Assembly: GCA_951406725.2 (NCBI GenBank)
Contig: OX597818.1
Location: 68,448,001 to 68,512,000, forward strand
Origin: Octopus vulgaris
Lineage: Eukaryota
Length of the DNA: 64,000 nt
Reading direction: 5' to 3'
Numbering within the stretch: position 1 is the stretch's first letter; each line of letters begins with the position of its first letter. The position numbers were made by a program, and so were the translations under genes. Shown one piece after another: positions 52,678 through 64,000 of the stretch. The notes below the pieces were generated by a model. That model was not told the DNA's origin, did no database searches, and saw only the letters and a list, made by a program, of their open reading frames with translations.

Positions 52678-53105
52678 TATGTATATACATATATATGTAT
52701 ATATGGATATATATATATGTATATATGTATACGTATTTATGGATACACTGACACACACAGGCGTGCATACATGCATGTTTGTATATATGTAAGTATATGA
52801 TGTATGTGTGCACATATGTCTAACTACAGAGAACTTCGTGGTGTTGAGGGATGCAAACAATAAAACCAGCAATTCTAATTAAGAATCATTTCTCGACCAG
52901 TAACAACATTTAATAAACATCAATTACAGGACACTGAATGTCAGTGTATACACACTATATATATACTGACGTCCATAAAGTACAGCCATACACATAACTT
53001 CACCTGCTTTGATATGTGCCAGCAATGTCCAGAGGTAGACTGGCAAAGTTAACAAGTTTATGGAGTTGGATTTTTTAAGGTTTTATTTCTGTGTTTATTT
53101 TACAG

Positions 53106-53294
53106 AAAAGAAGGAACAACATCGGTGACCCTTTTCTATGGAGGAATGCTTTTGGAAGGAGGATGGTTAATGCTTCCAACTGGTTTGTTGTCCTCCGAAG
53201 CCAACAGGAGGAAGGGAGATTGTTATGCTTAGGGCGGAGGGCAATTTCTAATATTTGTGTTTGAGTGAAGTTTGCCAGGCTTTCCTTGGACCAG
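53106..53294 (+). other. Candidate internal exon, apparently non-coding
   Basis: Acceptor TTTTATTTCTGTGTTTATTTTACAG| and donor CAG|GTAAAT bound a 189-nt GC-richer unique block; stops in all three frames. Confidence 0.3.
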
Positions 53295-53599
53295 GTAAAT
53301 GTATCACACAAGCACACTGCACTAATAATCATCAAAAATGAAGCAATGCTTCCTATAATGTGCCTCCACATTTTCTTATCGACCAAATATAAATCAAGAG
53401 TTTTGAATGATCTAAATTGAGGCAAGATGACATACACCTAAAATGGTGGTCATTAAAATTGAGACAAAAACCTCATAGAGGGGAAGCTTAAATCTTAGCC
53501 ACATTAATTGCTTCCATGCCAGTAGCATGTAAAAAGCACCAAACGATCACTGTTGTTGCCAGCCTCCTCTGGCCCTTGTGCTGGTGGCACATAAAAATT

Positions 53600-54500
53600 C
53601 CTTGGCAGAATTTGAACTCAGAAGGTAAAGACAGTTCAAATTCCACTGAAATTGACTTTCTCTTTCATTCTTTCAGCGTCGATAAATTAAGTACCTGTTG
53701 TGCACTGGGGTCGATGTAATCGACTGGCCTCCTCCCCAAAAATTTTGGGCCTTTTGCTGAGAGTAGAAAAGAATATTAATAAGGTAAATATGTAGACCCT
53801 TCTTTTGTTTGAGTATGTGAACTTGTGCTGGATATTAATAGTGTATATTTGTATCTTACAGAATAAGTATAAATTAAGGTGTGTAGATTGTTTCCAAGAG
53901 CTGGCAGAATTGTACGCAAATAAAAGCCAAAGATCACTGCTTTCTTTTTCGAACTGTTGGAATACTTCAAATATTAATTTAAATAAACAAATTTTGTTCC
54001 TGATTCTTTCATTATTTTAAAGGTTAATTAAAGCAAAGACAACATATTTCAGCAGAAATTTTGGGGTTAATATATTTCTACATTTTCATTCTCAAAAGTT
54101 AGGAACTGTAAAACAAAACCATTAAGCATGCCAGGCAAAATCCTTAGAGGTAGTCCTGCCTTTCATCCATTTACAGGCAATAAAATAAGTACCAGTTACA
54201 CACTGGGGTCGATGGAATTCACTTATCCCCTCTCCTGAAATTGCTGGCCTTGTACCAAAATTAGAAACCAATAATTAGGAACTGTAAAGTGGCAAGCTAG
54301 CAGAATAGTTAGCTTACAGGGCAAAATGGCTCACAGAATTCCATCCATCTTTATGTTCTAAGTTCAAATTCTGCTGAGGTCAACTTTATCTTTTGTCCTT
54401 TGTGAGTCAATTAAAATAATAACCAGTTATACACTGGGGTCAATATAATCAACTTCTCCCACCTCAGAATTGCTGGCCTTGAGCCAAAATTTGAAACCAA
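53600..54500 (+). mobile_element. Cluster of three degenerate family 3 SINEs (53600-53775, 54110-54275, 54288-54500)
   Basis: Repeated AAGTACCAGT..CACTGGGGTCGAT-type domain. Confidence 0.7.
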
Positions 54501-54714
54501 TGACTATGAACTGTCTTAGCATCACTACTTAACATATTTCTCAGTGAAAACTCAAACTTATTCAACATTTCCTAATGCTCTTCTATTTGTTCCTCTGGTG
54601 TATACAGGTAAATGCAAATATTCCAGGTAAATATCAATATATGTGGAATCTAATACCAATGTGAGTAGAGTTATGAACATAGCATGCAACCCACCAAAGG
54701 TCATTATTCCTCAA

Positions 54715-55185
54715 AAGCTATGACTGGCATCCGTACTCGGTGACTGGCATCCGTTGCTAGTGAAGCGCTAAGAGTACCATGCGAGTGAGATCGTTGCCAG
54801 AGCAACAAGCTGGCCTTCGTACCGATGGCACGTTAAACACACTATTCAAGCATGATCGTTACCTGCGTTGCCTTACTAGCATTTGTGCTGGTGGCACATG
54901 ACAAACATTCGAGCGAGGTCATTGCCAGTGCCGCTGGACTGGCTCCTGTGCAGGTGGCACATAAAAAGCACCATTTGAGCATGGCCATTGCCAGTACCAC
55001 CAAACTGACCCTCATGCCAGTGGCACATAAAAGCACCCACTACACTCCTGAGAGTGTTGGCGTTAGGAAGGGTATCCAGCCGTAGAAACTCTGCCAGATC
55101 AGACTGGAGCCTGGTTCACTAGACCGCAGTCAAATCGTCCTACCTATGCTAGCATGGAAAGCAAATATTAAATGATGATGATGAA
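54715..55185 (+). mobile_element. RTE-tailed repeat (family 4) with internal ~60-bp subrepeats
   Basis: Four TGGCAC..AAA.CA units, then GGCGTTAGGAAGGGTATCCAGC and the tail GCATGGAAAGCAAATATTAAATGATGATG. Confidence 0.8.
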
Positions 55186-55921
55186 TAACCCCCTAAAATG
55201 ATGTGGTTTAACAAGATATGACTGCTATTTCAAGCAATTAACATGTTCCTACACAAATTTCTTAAATTCAGAAATAATCACATGGTTAGTCAAATGGCTA
55301 TTTTGATATAGATTATGAGAAAGAATTTGGTTTTTGACAGGTAGCTGTTTGAGACAGAAGGGTTCTGGAAGAGGCAGGGAAGAACAGGGAAAGGAAGTTG
55401 CTCCACCGTTGGCATGGGAACCACAAGGTTATAAACTTTAGACATTGATCTTCTTCCGTCCATTAACTGATTGGTCATTCCCCAACCCCACCTCTTCTTT
55501 TCACCTTCATTTCAGACCAGCGACCTTTGACATTCTCCTTTACTCTGCAAGAAACATTTTCTCAAATCACATCTCCACAATATTCTTTAAAAGAAAAAAA
55601 AGGAAAGAGAACACATGAGATGATATTACAATGGCGTAGCTTTAAGGGAAGATGGCCATAGCTGGATCATTAATGAAGATGCTGGCTGCAGCAGAAAAAT
55701 CTAATTCACTATTTTTGATACACATTTCATCTGCAAATGCGCATTGTACACCTACCCCCACCCCACCATTGGATTTGTAAAATACATACACACATACACA
55801 CACACACTCATATGCATACATATACACACACAAGCGTATATATGTAGGTGTGTATATGTGTGTATGTGTATATATATGTATGTATATAAATATATACATA
55901 TATAGACACACACGTACATAC

Positions 55922-55960
<39 letters not shown>

Positions 55961-55964
<4 letters not shown>

Positions 55965-56192
55965 TCTTTATTACCCACAAGGGGCTAAACATAGAGGGGA
56001 CAAACAAGGACAGACAAACGGATTAAGTCGATTACATCGACCCTAGTGCGTAACTGGTACTTAATTTATCGACCCTGAAAGGATGAAAGGCAAAGTGAAC
56101 CTCGGCAGAATTTGAACTCAGAACGTAGCGACAGGTGAAATCCCATGAAGGACTTCGCCCAGCATGCTAACGTCTCTGCCAGATCGCTGCCT
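55961..56192 (-). mobile_element. SINE family 3
   Basis: Reverse match to the copy at 15660. Confidence 0.88.
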
Positions 56193-56204
56193 TTTATATG
56201 TATA

Positions 56205-56400
56205 TTTCATTTCATGTTGGTCCAGTTCACTCAGCTGTAAATGGGTGACCCTGTGATGGATTACGGTTTCCCATAAAGGGGAATGTTGTCCGGCTCACCA
56301 ACAGGGTCACTTCATTCAAAAGCTAAAAGCAATGCCGTGCACATTATGACCAGCAATTTATAACAACATCCAATAGATTGATTGATCAGGTGACCACATG
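56205..56400 (+). mobile_element. SINE family 2, headless (CORE-like + V-like piece + tail D)
   Basis: CACTCAGCTGTAAATGGG, CCCTGTGATGGA, tail matching 57080-57166. Confidence 0.6.
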
Positions 56401-56423
56401 ATATAGATTAGTGTGTGTATAAG

Positions 56424-56835
56424 TGTAGGAGTGGCTGTGTGGTAAGAAGCTTGCTTCCCAACCACATGGTTCTGGGTTCAGTCACACTGTGTGGCACCAT
56501 CGGCAAATGTCTTCTACTATAGCCTCAGGCATACCAAAGCCTTGTGAGTGGATTTCGTAGACGGAAACTGAAAGAAGCCTATCGTATATATATATGTGTG
56601 TGTGTGTGTATTTGTGTGTCTGTGTTTGTCCCACCAACCATTGCTTGACAATCGATGCTGGTGTGTTTACGTCCCTGTAACTTAACAGTTCGGCAAAAGA
56701 ACCAATAGAATAAGTACTTAGTTTACCAAGAATAAGTCCTGAGAGCGATTTGTTCGACTAGCGGTGGTGCTCCAGCATGGCCACAGTCAAAATGACTGAA
56801 ACAAGTAAAAGCAAAAATGAAAGGAAAAGAAAATA
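56424..56835 (+). mobile_element. SINE family 1
   Basis: Full-length match. Confidence 0.9.
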
Positions 56836-56859
56836 TATATGTGTGTATATATGTATATG

Positions 56860-57166
56860 TGGAGGCGCAATGGCCCAGTGGTTAGGCAGCGGACTCGTGG
56901 TCGAAGGATCGCGGTTTCGATTCCCAGACCAGGCCTTGTGAGTGTTTATTCAGCGAAAACACCTAAAGCTCCACGAGGCTCTGGCAGGGGATGGTGGCGA
57001 TCCCTGCTGTACTCTTTCGCCACAACTTTCTCTCACTCTTCTGTTGGCCTGCTCGCTTAGCCAGCGGGGTGGTGTCATTTGAAGGCTAAAACAATGCAAA
57101 GCGCATTGTGACCAGCGATGTGTAGCAACATCTGATAGCCTGGTCGGTCACGGTGATCACGGTGAT
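56860..57166 (+). mobile_element. SINE family 2 (head + middle X + tail D)
   Basis: TGGCCCAGTGG / GTTTCGATTCCC boxes; tail ends in CACGGTGAT repeats. Confidence 0.85.
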
Positions 57167-58124
57167 AGATATATATATATTAACTGCACGAAGACTATGC
57201 ACCTGATTTCCTGTGATCCACATTGATGGTCATTTAAAATAAGGGAGATTATTCAGCCACAGTCTGTGTAGCACCAACAACATCCAATAAGGAAATGAAG
57301 ACTACTTTATCTCCAATATCCCTTTCAACAGAGACGCAAATTTGCTGAAAAACCAAGCCATAACATGCACAGGATAACACTATTTATAAAATGCTGAAAT
57401 TCGCAACTAAAAGACCCACAGGCATTAAGAAAAAATGAATATAAAAGAATTAACCAATAAAATGTCAGGTATTTTCCACAACTATATTTATGTAGTTATC
57501 GAAAAATATAGATTTATATTTTTGAATCATTTTCTTCCTGTAACTAAACTACAAAACTATAAATTACATTTTGTTTACTAAAAGATGACAAAATGCATTG
57601 TCTTTATTTCTTTATTCATTTAAATCATACACATAATATATATATACATATATATTTATATATATGCATACATATATATGCATACATATATACATATATA
57701 TATATATATACATATTATATGTATGTCAATGAAAGTACATATGTATACATGTATGTATATATGTATACATCTATATGTGTGTGTGTGTGTGTATATGCAT
57801 TTGTGTGTTTGTGTGTGTATAATTTATCTTGTTTTTTGCTTCATTTGTATACTTTTATTATATATATTACTGTCTATTGAAAAAAACATTTATTGTTTTT
57901 TCCACATTCATTGTATATGTGTGTAGATTAATATATGTGTCAATGTATAAATGATATATGTATTTATACATACATTTTGCACTTCATTTTATCTATTCAC
58001 TGCCACATCTATCCATCTATTTCTTTCTTCTCACACTCACACACACACACACACATATACTTATATATATACACACACATGCATACACCCACATATATAT
58101 ACTGACATACATATACATACATAC

Positions 58125-58157
<33 letters not shown>

Positions 58158-58713
58158 CATACAGATTTATGTATATATACATGTATGTATGTACATATGT
58201 ATATGTATATATATATATATATGACTATATAGGTATCTCTCTATATATATATATATATGTATATACATATATATATATGTGTGTGTGTGTATATATATAT
58301 GTATGCATTTATGTATATGTTTGTGTGTGTGTGTGTGTGTCTGTGTGTGTGTCTGTGTGTTTGCGTGTGTGTGTATGTGTTTCTCTGTCTTGCCAAAGTT
58401 TGTCACTAAATGCACATATATATACATTTTCCAATCCTCCCATATATACACACTGCACTGTAACAAATCTACGAACGAGCAAAATAAAAGCTAAGTGAAT
58501 TATTTCAACTCTTCTGTTGCCACCATGTCTCCATTTCAAGGCAACATTCACCTCAGCTAACTTTCCCTTGAACTTTTCTGCACTCTAAAATATTACAAAA
58601 TAGACAGTTTTTCTACTTTATTTCTACTTTATCTTTATATCATTATTTATCTATTTACTTATTTATCAATGTTGTTGTTGTTGTTGTTTTCATTATTACC
58701 ATCATCATCTTCG

Positions 58714-58768
<55 letters not shown>

Positions 58769-59157
58769 CATTATTATCATCTTCATTATTATTATTATTA
58801 TTGTTATTCTTATAATCTTTATTATTATTATTATTATTATTATTATTTCCTGTCTGATCTTTGTTATATATCTACATATATTTGATACATGCCTTTTTTT
58901 TTAAATATATATTTTCATATTCAAAGTTATATGACTTTATAGGAACATGTATGTGTTTGTGTATGTGTATGTATCCATGTATGTGCATGTATGAATGTAT
59001 GTATATATGTGTGTATGTTTATTTTTGTGTTTGTGAGTGTGTGTTTTTGTGTGTATATGTTTTTTATATAAAAATACACGAACACTGAAACTTATTTACA
59101 TATATAAATACATACATATGTGTATATATATATGTGTGTGTATGTGTATACCACCCA

Positions 59158-59250
<93 letters not shown>

Positions 59251-60252
59251 TCAGAAAACACAGCCTCCATGATTTTTTAAAAAGTACAAATACAAGAGGG
59301 GGGAAATGAAATAAGGGAAACATTTTAAGATGAAAAGTATTAAAAAAATCAGGAAATCAACTACAAACACACCCCTAGAGCATTAGTGAGACAAGGGGAG
59401 AGATAGACTAGAGAGAGAGAAGAGGAGAGAGAGGAGATAAAGAGGAGAGAGTGACAGAGTGACAGAGAGTGACAATCAAACAGTTATGTTAAACCGTTGA
59501 TGACAGACTAAAATCAAAATGCAAAAAAAAAAAAGGTAAAACTGAACAGAGAAAAAGGAGAAGAAAGATTAAGATGGAAAATAATATGTAAATCAAAATT
59601 ATGGAAAAAAAAAATATCTTTAAAATCTCCATCAGTTGCAGGAGATCATAAATGTTTTTCAATCAGTTTGCATTACGTTTATAACATTAACAAATATCTA
59701 AAACATCAATGCGTAAAATCTTGATGTTACGTTAGCCTTTTCCTCTCTTATGAAATCTTATTCCATAACACACACACACACACATACACACATGCACATA
59801 CATGCACATACACACACATACATACATGCATACAAACACACATGCACACACACATACATGCACACACACACATATGTGCTCACATATGTGCTCATACATA
59901 CATGCACGCACATTCATATATGCACACACATACATGCACACACACATATCTGCACACACATACATACATGCACACACACATATCTGCACACGCATACATA
60001 CATGCACACACATACATGTACACACATACATACACACACATACACCCACACACATAGAAGCACACTTTATTTTTATATCATAAGAAAAATGACATGACTT
60101 AGAGCAATGCCATATATTTGACCTAACGTTTTGTGGCAAGTTGTAGATCAGATAACATTTTAATCAACATTAGACATATCTCCATTTATTTTAAACTCAC
60201 GTCCATTACTATTATCACTCTATCTTTCTATCCGTCTACACACAAACACACA

Positions 60253-60328
<76 letters not shown>

Positions 60329-60329
60329 C

Positions 60330-60480
60330 ACATCATTGTTTTACATCTACTTCTCCATATTGGCATGGTTTAAACAAGTCAGGAGCCATGATTTGTTTGT
60401 ATGCAGCCAACATAACCCAGTCTCCTTGGCTGCTGCCCTTCCTAATGCCAACCCTTTCAGAGGGTTCGATACAGGCATTT
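60330..60480 (-). mobile_element. RTE-tailed repeat (family 4) fragment
   Basis: Reverse of GGTTGGCATTAGGAAGGGCAGC and ..CCATGCCAATATGG..GATGTAAAACAATGATG. Confidence 0.6.
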
Positions 60481-60539
60481 TATTATGGTAGCAGTGCTAG
60501 AGATGTTATATCTTCATTTTGATTAAAGATGTTTTGCCT

Positions 60540-61875
60540 CCTCTAAATTGATGCTGTTTCTTTGCCAACCCCGTCTTCTTTGAGGGATTGGCACTTCTTT
60601 AGGGAGCTGTCAGCATTCATCCACATCACATGACCACACCAGTGCAGTCTCCACTCTTGCACTCTTCACCTAATTCCTCTTATACTTAACTTATCTCTGA
60701 ATACACTGGCCCTTACATGTACATTTACGTTGCACATCCAGCAGAGCACACTAGCCTCATTCCTCTCTCGCCTTCATGTGCCCTTTTTGCATTCAGAGCC
60801 CATATCTCACCACCGTGTAGAATTGCTCTTCTTTTACATGAATCATACAATCTTCCTTTCACTTGGTGAGGGAAACCTTTGGTTACCAACAGAGGTAACA
60901 GCTCTCTGAATTCTCTCCATCCTCTTTTTATTCTAGTTATTACACCTTCTATACAGCCTCCCCCACAACTAATTTGGTCCCCTGGGTAGTAGAAATTATC
61001 CACTATCCCCAATGAGCCTCCATGGCATTTGACAAAATCAATTTCCCAAGTATCTGTACTTTTTATGGCTCTTGTGCATCTTTCACTTACAAACACTACT
61101 TTCTCTAATAACCTTCCTATTCTACTACAGCTTTTCTGTATCCATAGCTTACACCAGATACACCAGATGGAATTCTTGCCTACACCTTTCCTACAAATTC
61201 AGCAGAAACCCTTACCTGTGGTGGGTAGGGTCCTGTTTGTTTTTTCTTGCTTTTGCTTGTTAGCCTTTGCCAAGTTAATCTTAAGGCCCTTAGATTCCTT
61301 AAATTAAGGCTCTTAGATAAGGCCCTTAGATTCCTTAAATTAAGGCTCTTAGATAAGGCCCTTAGATTTCACCTGGAATTTCTTTCCTCGCTCTGATATA
61401 AGATCTGCTATGAGGGTAAGGTCATCAGTATGTTGTTGCTCCCAAGGGATGCCAGTCTTGAATTCCTCTGTTATGACCAGGAGGACATTCGTCTACCACT
61501 AGCCTCCCCAGAGATCACCATATCACACAGCAGTGTACTCTATTGCAGACGTTCTCTAGAGCAATGAATGCCAAGTATATTGGCTTATTCTTGGCTAAGT
61601 ATTTCTCTTGCAGTTGCCTGACAATGAAAGTAACCCTAGTAGTGCTTCTCTCTTGGGTTGAATCCAAACTGCATTTCTTCTAGCTTAATTCTGCTCCCAA
61701 CTGATTGTAATTTCCCTTGTAATTTTCATCGCCTGGTCGAGAGGTTTGAATACCTCTATAACTGCTTTTATCTAAGGTATCTCCCCTTCCCCTTGTAACA
61801 GCTAACATTACTGTTTCCACTCTAGTCACTGGGTATTATGCCCTTCTGAATAATCTGATAAACTATGCAGGTATG
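60540..61875 (-). mobile_element. Decayed RTE-clade LINE reverse transcriptase region
   Basis: GKGD..YRG motif, EFKTGIPWEQQHTDDLTLIA (degenerate YADD), IVDNFYYPGDQISCGGGC..GWREFRELLPLL..VKGRLY..HGGEIW; internal deletion and a ~36-bp tandem duplication near 61282-61367. Confidence 0.88.
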
Positions 61876-61894
61876 AGTCTATATCCTACCTTAC

Positions 61895-61995
61895 CAGAGC
61901 CTGGTGCAGCCTCCTGGCTTCCCAGTCCCCAGTCAAACAGTCCAACCCATGCTAACATGGAAAGCAGACGTTAAACGATGATGATGATGATGATT
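61895..61995 (+). mobile_element. Family 4 3' end
   Basis: GTCCAACCCATGCTAACATGGAAAGCAGACGTTAAACGATGATG. Confidence 0.75.
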
Positions 61996-62615
61996 TCTTT
62001 GCTATCTCCCTTTTATCAAATGTGCATGTCTTCTCCTTGTCTGTGTTTAGAAACATCTATACACTTGCATATTCGCTCACATGTGAATGTGTATGTAATA
62101 TAGAACGGTGCTGTTACATGGATATTCATGGATGTATGCATGTATATATGGGAGCATGGGGACACTATTTACGTAGGGAGATAATAGGCAAACATTACTG
62201 ATTTTTAAGAAACACGCAGAAGTAAGTAAAGCATGGTTCCATTGTAGGTAATTTAGAAACAGACTGAATGAGACTGTTTTATAATCAGGTTCGTCTGGAA
62301 AACGTCACTACATTTGTCCAAGTACACCTTGCATCCACATCCTGAGGGTGACATGCTACTATATATATATAACCCAAAGCGTACATATACATACGTGTGT
62401 GTGTGTCTTCATACTCACACACATACTTATGTACACACACATTCTTACACATGCATACACACGCATACACACAGACACTAACACATTTATATCTATCTAT
62501 CAATATATATATATAAATACACACACATGCAAGTAAACACCTACGAGCAAAACAAAGTGGGAGAAATAGCACTCAAACACCAATAGTAGAGTAATATAAA
62601 ATAGAATATATATAC

Positions 62616-62648
<33 letters not shown>

Positions 62649-63799
62649 CATTATATTTGATATTGTATATATATATATATGTATATGTATACATACAACA
62701 TTATATTTAATATTATTTGTGTGTGAGTGTGTGTGTGTATGTGTGTGTGTATGTGTGTGTGTGCACAGTCATTTTTATGGCCGAATTCCCAATTCTGATA
62801 TTATTTCCAATTAAACTGCTGAAGATTGATGCTTCCCAAATTGCAGTTCACCAAATGATAATGTCATTAATGGTATTTAAGTGCAACAATTCCCACTTAT
62901 TGCAAATAAAAATATCTCTGTAACAATTTTAATAATATAACAAAACCATTTTTAGTGTTGGGAAAAGTTAATGAGTTTCCAAGAAATGAGAAAATAAAGA
63001 TAGGTTAAGCACTTAAAATATGCAAATTAGTAGCACCGGTTCTGTAAACCTACCGGATTAATCTTGTGTCTAAACAGATTATCTGCTTGCTTCTTTAGGA
63101 TTCATCAACTGCTATAGACACCTCAAATGAAACTACTCTAAGGCTCAGAAACTGACTAAGGCTAATTCTTGCGGTTTTTTTTTTTATCGATGGAGGAATG
63201 TATGTATATATGTATCTTCCTACCTATGTACCTACCAACTTATCTATCTATCCATCTATCCATCTACCTACCTACCTATCTGCCTACCAACTTATCTATC
63301 TAGCTATCTCGCTGGCTGTATGTCTGTCAGTCTATCTATCAAGGAGAAGAAGAAAAGGCTTTGCAAACCTTGTCATCGAAAATAGGAAGTCAATCTGTAC
63401 ATTTCTGAATATTTTCAACTAAGTAGCTACCGGTTTCCATCGTTTTGGGATGACCTCTTCATGTAAGCATAAAATGGAGAAAGAACAGAATTAAGTTGAA
63501 TGAAATTCAACTTTCATACTTTCATAATATCAGCTCCGGAAGTTCCTATATGCAGCACAGAATTCAGAAAAGCATCATTATGGGTCTGAGGATTGGGATG
63601 GACCTTTTTATGACTTTTTGGGTTTTTCATGTGTGAGTTTAATCCCTGGTCCTAATGAGCTACTTTTGTTGTAAAAAGCTTGCTTGAAAAGCTTGCTGGA
63701 TAGTAAGGGGCGATGGGGGAGGGGGCATATTTGGATTTCATGAAATGTGTTTATAGAGACTTGTATTTATATATATAATATATAATAAGTGAGACTGTA

Positions 63800-64000
63800 G
63801 CCATAGCCTATGCCAGTGTCACATGACCAGCTCATTTAAGAGTACCCTTCAATCATTGGGCAATATACTGTGCTTTAGAAAACCTATTGAGGCAAGTGAA
63901 ATCATTGTTGAGGCCGATGTCTGCCTGACTGGCACCCATGCTGGTGGTACATAAGAAGCACCATTCGAGCATGGTCAGTGCCAGTCCCGCTGGACTAGCT
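63800..64000 (+). mobile_element. Family 4 subrepeat region, runs off the window
   Basis: GGTGGTACATAAGAAGCACCATTCGAGCATGG matches the 54900-55000 units. Confidence 0.65.

Overview
AT-rich, repeat-saturated animal DNA with no intact protein-coding gene that I can support; it reads as intergenic or intronic. The SINE families and extreme microsatellite load suggest an octopus (coleoid cephalopod) genome, which is inference. Nearly all ORF-track entries are translations of (TA)n/(CA)n/(CAT)n microsatellites. Recognisable content: four tRNA-derived or RTE-tailed SINE families in many copies, a decayed mariner transposase plus two mariner-derived MITEs, and fragments of CR1-group, Dong/R4, RTE, L1/Tx1 and Penelope-like retroelements. 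The most interesting signal is RNA-structural. About nine dispersed minimal type I hammerhead ribozyme motifs occur, two with fully canonical cores. A tRNA-headed SINE appears to carry a hammerhead in its body. An old, diverged array of ~650-bp tandem units (about 9.1-14.1 kb) carries a hammerhead-like motif at the same position in each of six units. There is also weak evidence for a TATA promoter with a first exon (~17.4-17.8 kb), a non-coding exon (53.1-53.3 kb) and a near-perfect 52-nt hairpin (30.4 kb). All alignments and folds were done by eye and repeat boundaries are approximate.
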